Assembly: GCF_018977255.1 (NCBI RefSeq)
Contig: NW_024704742.1
Coordinates: forward strand, 58,220,001 to 58,284,000
Length of the DNA stretch: 64,000 bases
Direction of reading: 5' to 3'
Origin: Callorhinchus milii
Lineage: Eukaryota
The stretch's first letter is position 1. Each line of letters opens with the position of its first letter. The notes beneath the pieces are model-generated. The model did not search any database. It worked only from the letters and a program-made list of their open reading frames with translations, and was not told the DNA's origin. Positions 1 to 11,205 of the stretch are shown piece by piece. A program made the translations under genes and the position numbers.

Positions 1-22
1 GTTTTGTTTGCTTTGCTTTAAG

Positions 23-147
23 ACTGAAAGTATGGGATCCATTCAGAAAAGGCCACAAGACTATTTCAGGATATGAAAAGTTTAACCTAAATATGAATAG
101 TAGAGTGCATCTGACAGATAATGGAACAAAGGCTGTGATTCTGGCAG
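23..147 (+). CDS. WD40-repeat protein, penultimate coding exon (possibly NACHT/WD NWD-like)
   Basis: AG acceptor at 21-22 and GT donor at 148. Open frame LKVWDPFRKGHKTISGYEKFNLNMNSRVHLTDNGTKAVILA contains a WD motif. Phase is compatible with the next exon. Confidence 0.7.
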
Positions 148-374
148 GTATGTGAATTTAATTTTAATATAACATTTTACACAACTGTACATAATATTGT
201 GGGAAAATATCAGGGTGTGAAAATATTTTGCAGGGTGTGCACTTATTCACCAGAAGTGCTACAATTGGCTTGAACACTCAGGATATCGAAGAAAAAAATA
301 AGTGAAATTGTATTTTCCTTAACATATGAAAGTATTTTAATATTTATTATTTCCTTCTCTCGTTTTCTTCTCAG

Positions 375-622
375 ACGATGTGAGTCTATGGGATCTCGAA
401 AAAGGCACAGTCCAGTCCATTTTTACTCCCGATAGTGTGATCCGGTGCATGTCCTTGGCCTTCGAAGATAATAATATTCTTCTTGGCATGAGCGACAACC
501 CTGCCCTCATTGTACTTAAGCTGATGTCGAAGGACACAGTGAAACTGAGTTCAAAAGAGAACTTGTTTGGAGAAGCCAGCAGTAGTGAGGATGAGGACAA
601 TTCTAATTTTAGGTCAGGGTAA
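375..622 (+). CDS. WD40-repeat protein, last coding exon
   Basis: Pyrimidine tract plus AG at 373-374. Reads (D)DVSLWDLEKGTVQSIFTPDSVIRC...LFGEASSSEDEDNSNFRSG*, with a WD motif and an acidic tail. Gene identity not recognised. Confidence 0.7.
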
Positions 623-1537
623 TTTCTAAATAGCCACATTTTTAGTCTTCTTACATTGACTGATTGCTCCACTAAAATAGAGCAAGTCATAAAATAGTCA
701 CAAAAATTGGATATTTATTGAAAATATAGTTTAAAACTGTTGCTAGAATTTAATAGGATTGAAAAATTGTTGTATTGTTCCTTATTATTAAAAACCTTTA
801 GTATTGCACAACTACATTTTTTGTGTTCAGCTCAATCTATTTCCCTTTTGTTTAGAACTGCAATTTAGCAATATTCTGCACTTCATACTAGACTGTTCTT
901 AAACATGGTACCATTATCATGTTTGCATGTGTCATTAGATACCCAGCTGACCAGATAAAAATTACTTATTACCCATTTCACTGAAGTCAGCTTGGAGACT
1001 TGCTGCTCCAATGTCTTTTAGCTGAACAGGGAGTGTCCCAAAAGCAGCACAAGGTCTCTCCTGATTTTCTTTCCAGTTTGGGAAGGCAGCTGCTTGAGCA
1101 TCAGTTTCCCAGCAACAGAACTTAATGAAATGGAAGATTGACCTTGGATCCAAGGCCTGTAAGGATGCAGTTCTAGTTATCTTGAACTGAACTCTTGATG
1201 GATTTTTTTGTACAAGATTTAGTTCCAGATGAGGGAGTTTAGAACAGCACCCCACCAGAGAACAAGCTGGAAATTTACACCACAGCTATAATTCAAACAT
1301 TGTTTTGATTACATCACAAGTGAAGGTCATTCAGTCAGATGTCATCCTTTATAACAATATAAAAGTTATATTGAATACGTGAAAAGCGCTATATCAAATG
1401 CAATTATTATATTATTATATAGTGGTTGCACATTATTAGTCCTATCAAAATCGTGAACGGATAGTTAGTAATAGTGACAAAACAGGAAGGATTGTTTTAG
1501 GTTCTGATACATAAAAACTACAAACTAAAAAACATTT

Positions 1538-1850
1538 GTGGAGTCCTGTAGCTCAGTGGTTAGAGCACTCTCCTCGCAAGCAAACAGACCTGGGTTTGAT
1601 TCCCAGCAGAGCGAAACCTTGGGTAAGTTTCCTTACTCCACACACCTAATAATAATTCCTCAAAAAAAACAATAATTTGGTCACTCAATCCACGACTGTT
1701 TGTGGGACGCTGCTGTGCGCAATTGGCTGCTGCGTTTCGCCCACAAATATACTGACTTCAATTTACAGTATATTCTGTGAAGCACTTTGAGACGTCCAGA
1801 AGATGTGAAAAGTGCTATATCAAATGCAAGTTTTTTTTAATTATTATTAT
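1538..1850 (+). mobile_element. tRNA-derived Deu-type SINE, full length
   Basis: tRNA-like head (gtcctgtagctcagtggttagagc), Deu-like core (tgtttgtgggacgctgctgtgcgcaattggctgc), L2-like 3' end with (TTA)n tail. Confidence 0.85.
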
Positions 1851-2528
1851 TTCATTCACGCATCCACTGATCAAAATTGTTTTAGATCCATACCAAAACA
1901 ACAATTGTTATTAGATATTGAATTATTGAGCAAACAGCTTTGTTGAAGGCAGCTTTTTAACCTTTGCAGAAACACCATTTCATAATAAAGATGCAATTTC
2001 CTGTCTGACTGTTTTATTCAAGTATTACAAAATTAGGCAACAACTAAAGTGTAAAAATATTACAAATACTGTGGTTCTATTGAAAGCACTATTATCAGAC
2101 TGAGTAAGGTTATCCTTAATTACGGAATGTACCACAGCATAAAGCAGCAATGACCCATATACAACAAGCACAGAATTATTTGCAATAACTTATTGTGTCC
2201 CCCAGCCAAAGCATGATGCTGGTGACACAGAGCGTTACCATCTTTCTACATAATGTATTGTAGTTTAAAAGTTTAGGTTGATACTGTATCACTAATGCAA
2301 ATCTGATTTGGGTAAACTATTTGAAATATATATATCTGTTTCTTATTTTCAATAAACACACCAGCACACATACTGCATTTTAATGCATCAATTACTTTAT
2401 ATTAATATTTTGCTGAATTATTGCTAAAACTATAGACAAAATATTATTGCATAGCTTTATATACGTTACAGCCCAACACTGAATTTTAAAAATTATACAT
2501 GGTATTTGATTTTATTTAAAAAAAGTAA

Positions 2529-3184
2529 TCATCTTGATCTTCTATCCTTTTTGGATTTTTCTAGGCATTTGTCCATGGTCTTTTCATTATCACCTCTACA
2601 CTTTGGACAATACCAGTTTCCTTTTGGTTTATATGTTAGTCCAACACAAGAAAAATGATACCATTCAATCGGACACTCTTCATTGTCGCAGCCAATCATT
2701 TCACCATAAGACACTTGGTTACAGAGGCAGTAAGTGGGTTCATCGGGATCTATCAGAAAGTCAACAGGGGAGATTTCTCTCTCTTGTCTACCTTTGGAAC
2801 GTTTCTTCTTTTTGGCAGATTTGGATTTCTTCTCTTTTGGTTGGTCCTCTCCCTCTTCAGTATCATTATTGATTTGGCACATGTCACGGTTATCTCCATT
2901 TCTCAGTCTACGTGACCGCTTGGAAGACCTTTCTGATTGGGGCAGCTCTGCTTTGAGCTTCTCTGGTTCAAGTAGGTCCTCAAAATATTCAGAATGACTT
3001 TCCATCTGCTTCGCACGATTTTCCACCTGATCCATCATTTGTGTAACTATCTGAATTTTCTCATCGCCTAGCTCTTGGTTATTGATCAATGCGCGTTGTA
3101 GATTATTCAACAATTGTTTTCTTTGACTTGTATCTGTTTCCTTCTTATATTTTTCATAAGCATTATCAACCTCTTTCATGATTT
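2529..3184 (-). CDS. ING2: Inhibitor of growth protein 2, exon 2 (NLS, PHD finger, polybasic tail)
   Basis: Acceptor TTTCAG ending at 3185. Reads [16 protein letters not shown]...[48 protein letters not shown]...KKDRRSR*, matching the ING2 PHD finger and C-terminus. Confidence 0.97.
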
Positions 3185-4372
3185 CTGAAACAGAGAGAAA
3201 GACAAGATATATTAACATACAATGGACACAGCAAGAATTATACTGAATGTTCAATATTCTAGTCTTTAAAATTAAATTATCCTGCATCTATAAAAAAATA
3301 AAAAATTCTATCTGTCAAGCTCTTAAAAAGTAACTACAGACTTATAAAATAAGCTTCCAACCACGTCCTAAATAAATAATTTAATAGGTTTTGAAATCAA
3401 CTTCAGCATTTTCATCCATAGCAAAATATTAAACAGGGAGTTGCAAATAAAATGTAAAATTACCAGAGAGGATTCAAGGATATATTACACATTAGTCCTG
3501 GCTAACCAACTAATGAGGGTGGGGGGGGAAGAATTTGATCGGTATTGCAATTTTTGGCACTGTTTTAATGTGCGAATAAACTATCTTCTGCTCACATAGT
3601 CACTCACCAAAGCAGGTTTACACATGGCTACCGTGAAGGCCGGCAACGACAGTGAGGTGGGGAACAAACATCACGTGAGTTGCTCAGCATAGCTTTGGCG
3701 CACACCAGGACAGTTGGGGGTCGGGGTCGGGGTCTACCCGCAGGCCCGTGGAAATTTGGGCCTCCAGAAATATTTTTAATCTTTTGGTTTCCAGTCTGGC
3801 GAGGTTCGAATTCAGGATACCCATCATCGTGCTTAAAGAGTATCCAAACCAAACTGAGAAGTCCATGCATCCCACCTGCACATGGAGATCCCAGAGATAG
3901 TTTGCTGGAGGGAAGCATCCGGCTGCTTACCCAAGTCCAGGAAGTATTAAGCTCAGGTCGGTTGCCAAGAGCCCAGGCTTGGGGACCCCAGTGTGTGTGT
4001 TGGGGTAACTGCTGGGGTCTAACCAGCTAAAACCATATAGATTTCCATTGATACTGCTGTCCGGCAAGCTCTCCCGCGGCTTGTCCAGCAAGGACCACTC
4101 TCACGGCTTGGGCTTTGGCCGGCGGGAGGACTCCCTGCCCCCGGCGACCGGTCTGCCTTTGGGGTCCCGCCAACGAGGCAGCAGCGCCCCGGAAAACTGC
4201 GGACCCCACTGGCTCAGCACATGGACTGGAGACCACCACAGAGGGTCGGCTCCGTTCCCACATTCCGCTGCCAATCCCAATCCCAATCCCAGTCCCAACT
4301 CCAGGACAACAACAACAAATTACATTTGTACAGCACCTGCTTACCCAGAGTCTCCCAGCCCAACCCCTCCCC

Positions 4373-4640
4373 TCAGGGCTGAGCCCCCCACCCCCAGGGG
4401 GCCGAGCTCCTCTCTCCCCCCCGGGGCTGAGCTCCTCTCTCCCCCCCGGGGCTGAGCTCCTCTCTCTCCCCCCCCCCCCGGGGCCGAGCTCCTCTCTCCC
4501 CTCGGGGGCTGAGCTCCTCTCTCCCCCCCCCGGGGCCGAGCTCCTCTCCCCCCGGGGCCGAGCTCCTCTCCCCCCGGGGCTGAGCTCCTCTCCCCCCGGG
4601 GCTGAGCTCCTCTCCCCTCTCGGGGGCTGAGCCCCCCCCC
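4373..4640. repeat. GC-rich minisatellite in ING2 intron, unit ~CCCCCCGGGGCTGAGCTCCTCTCT
   Basis: About 10 imperfect tandem copies with variable C-run length, directly visible. Confidence 0.9.
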
Positions 4641-4650
4641 CGGGCCTTAC

Positions 4651-4789
4651 CTTGGTAGCGGGTGTCTATCTCCCGGAGGCGGGACACTCCGCGCTGCAGC
4701 TCGAGGGGCAGCGCCTCCACACTCTCCAGATAGTGAGACACGTACCGGGCCGTGCGGGGCTTCTCGGCCGCCGGGCAGTGAGGCAGCAT
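4651..4789 (-). CDS. ING2: Inhibitor of growth protein 2, exon 1 coding part
   Basis: ATG at 4789, MLPHCPAAEKPRTARYVSHYLESVEALPLELQRGVSRLREIDTRYQ, then G|GTAAGG donor. Phase 1 joins exon 2 to give 264 aa. Confidence 0.92.
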
Positions 4790-5291
4790 AGTGCGGAGAC
4801 CTGCCGCCGGGCCGCGCCGGGCCGGGCCGGGCCGGGCAAGGGGCAGGCAGAGCAGCAACCTCCCGGGGCGGGCTAGGCCGGGCTCCCGGGGCGGGCTGGG
4901 CCGGGCTCCCGGGTCGGGCTGGGTCGGGCTGGGCCGGGGAGCTGCGCTGCGCTGCACTGGGGGAGGTCGGGGCCTGAACCGCGGTCACTTCAAACTGACT
5001 GGCCCGCGCCTGTCACCACGTGATACAGTGCGGGGGGGGGGGGGGGAGAGGGGGGGAATGGTCACTGCCATCAAATAATTAAACAAAAATATACATATAT
5101 TTTAAAAAAGTCGACGGGACCAACCGACCTCTCCGCTCGCACAGGTTCTCTCCGTTTTTCACCCCTTTTTAAAAAAAAAAGGTTCATTTTTTTTTCCTTC
5201 TTCTCTTCAGCCCAGAGCGGTGGGTTGCCATGGTGACCGGCCGCAGCCGCAGCCGCAGCGGCGGTTGGGGCCTAGTACTTTTTTTTCAAAC

Positions 5292-5596
5292 AAAAAAGGC
5301 AGCGCCCTGAGAATGAGCCCCGTGCTGTTGGTGCGCTCCCCCCCTCACCGAGGAGGGAGCCACACTACCTGCGTAACTACCGGCTGTGACGGAGGCCCCC
5401 AAGTCGGCGCTCACACGCTCGGCCAACTCCCGGCGTCTTGGCGGTGATCGTGAGCTGCGGTGACGGGGGCTGTACCGCCGATGAGGCGGGAGCACTCGCT
5501 GCTCTGGGGTCCGGGGACTTTCCCCTAGGCGGGCAGTGATGGCGAGGAACCGAGTCCTCAGTCTGTAGCCTAGTGAACAGGTCTTCAGAGCGCTTC
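5292..5596 (-). ncRNA. RMRP: RNase MRP RNA
   Basis: Minus strand reads AGCGCTCTGAAGACCTGTTCACTAGGCTACAGACTGAGGACTCGGTTCCTC...CGCCTAGGGGAAAGTCCCCGGACC...CCGCCAAGA...TAGTTACGCAGG...GCACCAACAGCACGGGGCTCATTCTCAGGGCGCT, collinear with vertebrate RMRP conserved regions. P1 pairing AGCGCTCTGA/TCAGGGCGCT. Ends in a T6 Pol III terminator (5292-5297). The 5' end is approximate. Confidence 0.95.
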
Positions 5597-5622
5597 GTTA
5601 TACAAGGTCGGCATCGCCCGCC

Positions 5623-5821
5623 TTAAATACCCCCAAAGAGAGGACCACTTCACGCTTGCGGTGCGCTGGGCTTAACTAACGTCGTCTTGTTTTTTTTTAA
5701 AAAAAGAGAGGCTTTTTACAACACAAAGCGCACCGGACTCCCTCTTCGGGATGTTTGAAAGGCTTTTTTTTTCCCCCCAAAAAAAATACTTGTGGAGGTT
5801 TCGCGCATAAATTATGCTAAT
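5623..5821 (-). promoter_or_regulatory. Type-3 Pol III promoter of RMRP (TATA, PSE, distal octamer-like)
   Basis: TATTTAA at 5629-5623 (~-30), PSE-like GCACCGCAAGCGTGAAGT at 5664-5647 (~-68 to -51), octamer variant ATGCTAAT at 5814-5821 (~-220). Spacing is as expected for U6/7SK/RMRP-type promoters. Confidence 0.7.
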
Positions 5822-8800
5822 TGAGATGCCCTTAAATGGACAGATTCCAGTCGGTCCCTCTGAAACGGTCACAACTCGGGACAAAACTCGTACTGTTTGG
5901 CTTTGGGGTTTTTTTTTGGGGGGAGGAGGGGGTTTTGGGGGCGAAAGTAGTGCTCTCTGCAGATTTGTGTCCGGCACCGCTTTCTTCAGCCTTATGGACA
6001 CGCGGCAAAACCTCGGCTGATCGTGTCGTCAAAACGTCTCAAAATTCCTCACGGGATTTCACTGTGAAGTGTCGGAGGAAGTCTTCTCAAATAGTCCCAC
6101 GGGATCTTTGACATCCACATGACATCCACATGAGCGGGCGGGCGGGCGGATTTAATCAGATTTAACGTCTAATCTGAAGAATGGCACTTCTTACAAGTGC
6201 AGAGCATCTCCTTGAGTTCAAAGTCCCGTTGTGCACCTTTTACTGACGCCCCCCCCCCCCCCCCCCCCCCACTTACTTGAGACGAAAATATCACGAGGCT
6301 GAGAACGGACACAATAAAGATGAGAATTGATGAGATGAAGCTGTATTCCCTTTGGATCACCGTGCAAACACACACATCATATTCAAATGTCTCACGAGTT
6401 GAGTTGGCCTGCAATAAAACATTCATTTTAGCGCTCTGGGACGTCTTTAAGCGTCCTGTGAGGTCTTTAAGCGCTCTACCCTGCGTAAGGGACGCTATAT
6501 AAATGCAAATTATTGTTGTTGAAGGGTGCTATACAAGTGTGATTTGTTGTTCTTTATACATTTTATTTGTAAAGCATTTTAGCTTTGAGGCTTTTATTTT
6601 ATATGAAAGGTGCTATGTAAATGCAAGCTGTTGTTATCGCGATTAGTTACTACAGATAAATTTTGTACTATGCCACGATGGAAATGAGTAGAAAAATACA
6701 GTTTAGTATTTTTCTATAATAACGCTGAGCAAATAGATGCAGACAACCACGTTGTCTTCAAATATGAATTTGTGATTTGGCTACCATGTCTTGAATTTTT
6801 TTGTTAGCTGGGTATATGATTGGAGAAATCCAATCACTTTGCTCGGTAGTATCTGAATCAAACAGATAGTTCCTTTCAAATGTGTAATATTCCTGTGTTG
6901 GGAATGGAATATATACTCTCTCCTAGAGGTCTCCTAGAGTCTTGAGGGACTCACTCTGCTTACTTAATTCTAGAGACTATTAGGCAGAAGTTGGCAAGAG
7001 CCAAGATTTGGGAACCTGAAAGTGTATCTGAGGTACTGCTGGAGTTTAACCTACATGAGAATAAAAATAACCATCTAAAGTACTAATTGTACATATTTTT
7101 CCAAAAGTGTACAATTTTTGGATGGAACAGACTTTGATCGATTGCATTTCTAACTTAAAGAACCCCCACAGCAATCAAAGTTTCATTTCCACATTGATTT
7201 GGAAAACATATAATCACCTATAGTCTCTCTCCCAATTGTACCCTCTGCCCTCTTCCTTCACTATCCAATTCCTAATTCCTCTCGCTCTGCCACTCCACCC
7301 TATCGTACCCCTCTTCTCCCACCCACCAAAACAGTTTAATCAACTAAAACAGCAGTCTCATTGCGAGCATTGACTGACAAGATTTCCACTACCTGTCCAT
7401 TAGTGTAGGGATATTCCTAAAATAAATCAGACTTAGCATTTCTGAAGAGCATCCAGTACCTGATGAAAACTACATACAGTGAGAGGATGAGTTTACCTGG
7501 AAGTGATGCCCACCTACACCTATAGTTGAAATGCTTTGTGCTCGGACATGAGGAGTGGCTGGTCATTGCCAGAAATTGCATCCCAACAAAAGTTACCATC
7601 TTCAGGGGAGGGGTGAAATTGCCGCCAAAAATTAAGGTACAAAATACATTTTCCGAAAAGTGTACAATTCTTGGCTTAAACAGACTTAGTTAATTTGCAC
7701 GTCTACAAAAGAACCCCAACTGCAATCAGTTCCATTTCAACATTGTTTGGGATTCACTGAGTTCATTTTGAGCTTTTTAAAAATAAATATTTTGAAAGTC
7801 ATGCGTTCCAAGTTGCTGATTTGTAGGTTAGCACTGATATTGAAATGCAGTGAAGGGATTTGAAGATTACTTTCATACACAAGAGAGCTCTTTCAACATT
7901 TGTACAAATCCTTCTCTTTTGAGCTCCATGATTTTAATCTCAGGCCAACCATTGATAATCTTTACATTTGATGAAAAGCTCTTTACAGAGAATTACTGAA
8001 AAGTGACTACACTTCTAGGCAAATAATGCATGCAGAAATGCTCCAGAAACAACCATGAAATAGGTGTTGTTGACCCTGGGACAGAACCCGAGAGCTCAAA
8101 CGCTTGACGTAGGTCTTGAATCCACAACCTTCTATAAAATAATAATAATCTTTGCATGATACAGTAGTCCTGTAGCGTATTGTTTAGACAGTTGCAAGTG
8201 AGAGGACCTGGGTTTGATTCCTAGGCAGGGAAAACATTTTGATTCCCTAACGTTTCACCTCGGCCGGTAATTGAACCCGTGTCTTTCGCTTGCGAGGCGA
8301 GTGTTCGAATTTTTAGCTCATTGTAGGATGACACTCCCATACAATGCTGGGGGAATGCTGAATTGTCAAGTGGTGCCGTCCATCAGATGAGACATTAAGC
8401 CAAGTCTTATCTGCCTGTTCATGTGGCTCTTAAAAGAACCCTCTACTGGAAAAAAGAAGGCAGTTTCTCCCTGTGTCCATGCCAACAATTGTCCAGATAA
8501 AATTGGTCATTCTCTTCATGGTTGTTTGTGGGACACTGCTATGCACAATCTTGCTCAGCAGTGTTGTATTGTGTTTGCCTACAAAATACATGGTCACTAC
8601 AATGTACAGTAAATCATGTGAAGCACTTTGAGACACTTTGATTATGTGATAAGGTATATCAAATGCAAAAATTAATTTGAAGTTAAGATTATAACAGCTA
8701 AAAGGGAATTGAATAAGTACTTAAAGAGCAACAACATTAAAGGGTATAGGGCATTGGGAATGAAGTTGATAGCTCCAGCATAGAGTACTTTAAGTACTTA

Positions 8801-9554
8801 AATTCTATGCTTCAATGTGCTTCTAAGCAACACATTTACATTTATATAGTGCTTTTTATGTTGGGTTGAAATTGAAACTGCTTTCTTCTGTTAGAACTTC
8901 AGTGATCTGGAAACTACGACACACAATATAATCTGATTGGACATTTTGCTTGGCATAAGGAATCCTTTAGGGGAGTATAATAATTAGCAATTTAACAGTA
9001 ACTGTCACTAAGTTTGGGATTCTTTTCCTATTTGGTTTTGCAGGTCATTTTTTAAGTGATAGATTATTAGTTAAGAGCTCAAAATTGGTTTGTTGAATGA
9101 GTAGGTCATAGTGAGTTGAATAAGCTGAAAAGAGTTTAATGTTTACACACTAAAGTGACTGATCAAGCATTTCAATGTTTGCACATTTTGTTTCTCCCTC
9201 CCTCTCTTATCCAGTCCGACTACTTAAATTACTTAATGTGTATTTTTTATTCTCAGCATAAAATTACGATAAGAAAAATGGGAAGTAGAAACTAAAAGAC
9301 AGAAGTCTGTGTCAAACACAAGGAAGATATAGGGAAGAGATAGAGATGACTGAGTGTATAAGAGAAGAGTGAAAGACAGTGAGTGACACAAAATGTGAAG
9401 GAATCAAAGAAAGGGAAAAATTTACAAAGACTGACGACGCATGGGAGGGAATTTCTGAGGTTATAGGTATTCTTACTAGAAGTTCTGCCACTAATACCCT
9501 GTTGAACCCTTCACTATCTGGATTAATACATGAACAGCTATTTTATATAATATA

Positions 9555-9790
9555 TAATAATAATCCTTGCATTTGATATAGTGCTTTCCACGTCTTATAG
9601 ATGTCTCAAAGTGCTTCACAGAATATACTATAAAGTGAATTTGTGGGCGAAACGCAACAGCCAATTGCACACAGCAGTGTCCCACAAACAGTCGTGGATT
9701 GAAAATGACCAATTTATTACTTTTTTTTGGAGGGATTATTATTTTGTATATTTTGGTGCAATACCACAGGGTGTGGGGAACCTTACCCCA
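9555..9790 (-). mobile_element. Deu-type SINE, 5'-truncated
   Basis: (TAA)n tail, ccttgcatttgatat 3' end and Deu core on the minus strand. Confidence 0.75.
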
Positions 9791-10919
9791 GCATGTGTAT
9801 TAGAAGAGAAAAATTAGTCATGTAATGCAAATGCAAATACTAAGTTATTCAGTGCAGTACACATAAAAATATTCAGACAGTCCGAATATTCATCACACAT
9901 TCAGATGTTCAGAAACTAGATTAAATTGTGTTGAATTTATTTTCAATTTCATTGTACAGGTAACAAATATAATCTTTCACCATTTCAATAACATCTATTG
10001 CTTGCAGGTTACAATTACCATTTCTGCCGTTTCCTCACCGCAAAGCAGTAAAAACAAATTAAATTATGCACTATTCTTCTGTGTATACTTTTGCTACCAT
10101 CTGAAACTAGTCACTATTTTCTTAAGTGCATCAGTAGGCATTCAAAACATTAATCCCTACCACTGACAATTTCTGAACAATTGTGTTCTAGGTAGAGACA
10201 TTTTACAAATCTGGTTCCTGGTGGAAGGCACAACACTTCTGTGCATAGTCTTGATCCAACATAGTAAAATGGACTCATTTAATACTTGTATTTGCTGTCT
10301 ACTGAATCTTGTCGCTAGAATATCCTTCTAGTAAATGATCCATAAAATTATCTGGATTACATCAAACATATAGAAACAGAACACTGTCACACGAAATATA
10401 TTACCTGGAGGTTAAATCACAATTCACTTGAAAGCAGAAATCAAACTGTGTGAACGGCATCTCCAAATTCTAAATGAAGATTTGGTAAGACTGTACTTAC
10501 ACCTGAATGAAATGGAAAGGGGGCAGGTGCATCATCAACTATTCAGAATTTGATAAGAACAGTTCTTAAAAAAGGAACTGAAACACAAACATTTTCAGTG
10601 TGATAATTAGCAACAATGGAAATATTTGAGGAAATACATTGCCTCAATTTGTTAATAGAGTACAGGCTACCTGCACAGCTTGGGGTTTACTTACAAGCAG
10701 AAGCAATCCAGAGTAAAACCCAAAAATGTATATTATCCCCACTGAAATCGCATATAAATCTTGCAGGGTTAAATTCTGGAGTTTTGCTTTATCTTCTAAA
10801 TAAGGTACTAAGAGACTTTAGCTCATCAATTCAACTGCCAGGATTTCATCAGATTTTGTCAATACCTCTCAAGTGCCTCCCTATTTAAGCTCAACTGTTG
10901 ATTTTTATAGTATAACTTA

Positions 10920-11205
10920 TAATAATTCTTGCATTTGATATGGCGCTTTATCATAGTTGAGATGTCTCAAAGCGCTTCACAGGATATATTGTAGATTGGA
11001 TTGACTATGTATTTTGTGGGCGAAACGTGGAAGCCAGTTGTGCACAGTAAGGTCCAACACGGAATGAGTGACCAATTTTATTTGAGGGATTGTTGGCCAG
11101 GACAGAGAGAAGCTCCCTTCTCTTTTCGAATAGTGCCATGGGATCTTTAACATCCACCTGAACAGGCAGATGGGACCTCAATTTAATGTCTCATCCAAAG
11201 GACCG
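10920..11205 (-). mobile_element. Older Deu-type SINE fragment
   Basis: Same tail plus the gccatgggatctttaacatccacctgaacaggcaga core seen in other old copies (e.g. 39140-39200). Confidence 0.65.

Larger units (their letters stand above)
4040..6150. promoter_or_regulatory. CpG island spanning ING2 exon 1/promoter and the RNase MRP gene; E-box CACGTG at 5017-5022; X-box-like GTTGCCATGGTGAC at 5224-5237
   Basis: High GC and CpG density against AT-rich flanks. Motifs were read directly; their function is untested. Confidence 0.7.

Noticed and set aside
3185..3287. N-terminal extension of the 252-aa ING2 ORF
   Set aside because: It is intron sequence with a polypyrimidine tract and AG acceptor at 3185.
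4115..4957. ORFs of 113-194 aa over ING2 exon 1
   Set aside because: Only 4651-4789 is ING-like. The rest is GC-rich UTR or intronic minisatellite read-through.
5514..5523. Perfect NF-kB site GGGACTTTCC upstream of ING2
   Set aside because: It is the reverse complement of the conserved GGAAAGUCCC (P4/CR-I) of RNase MRP RNA, which fully explains it.
5527..5624. C/D snoRNA-like terminal stem, or hammerhead-like CUGANGA motifs
   Set aside because: There is no D box and no GAAA core. The sequence is the RMRP 5' part and its promoter.
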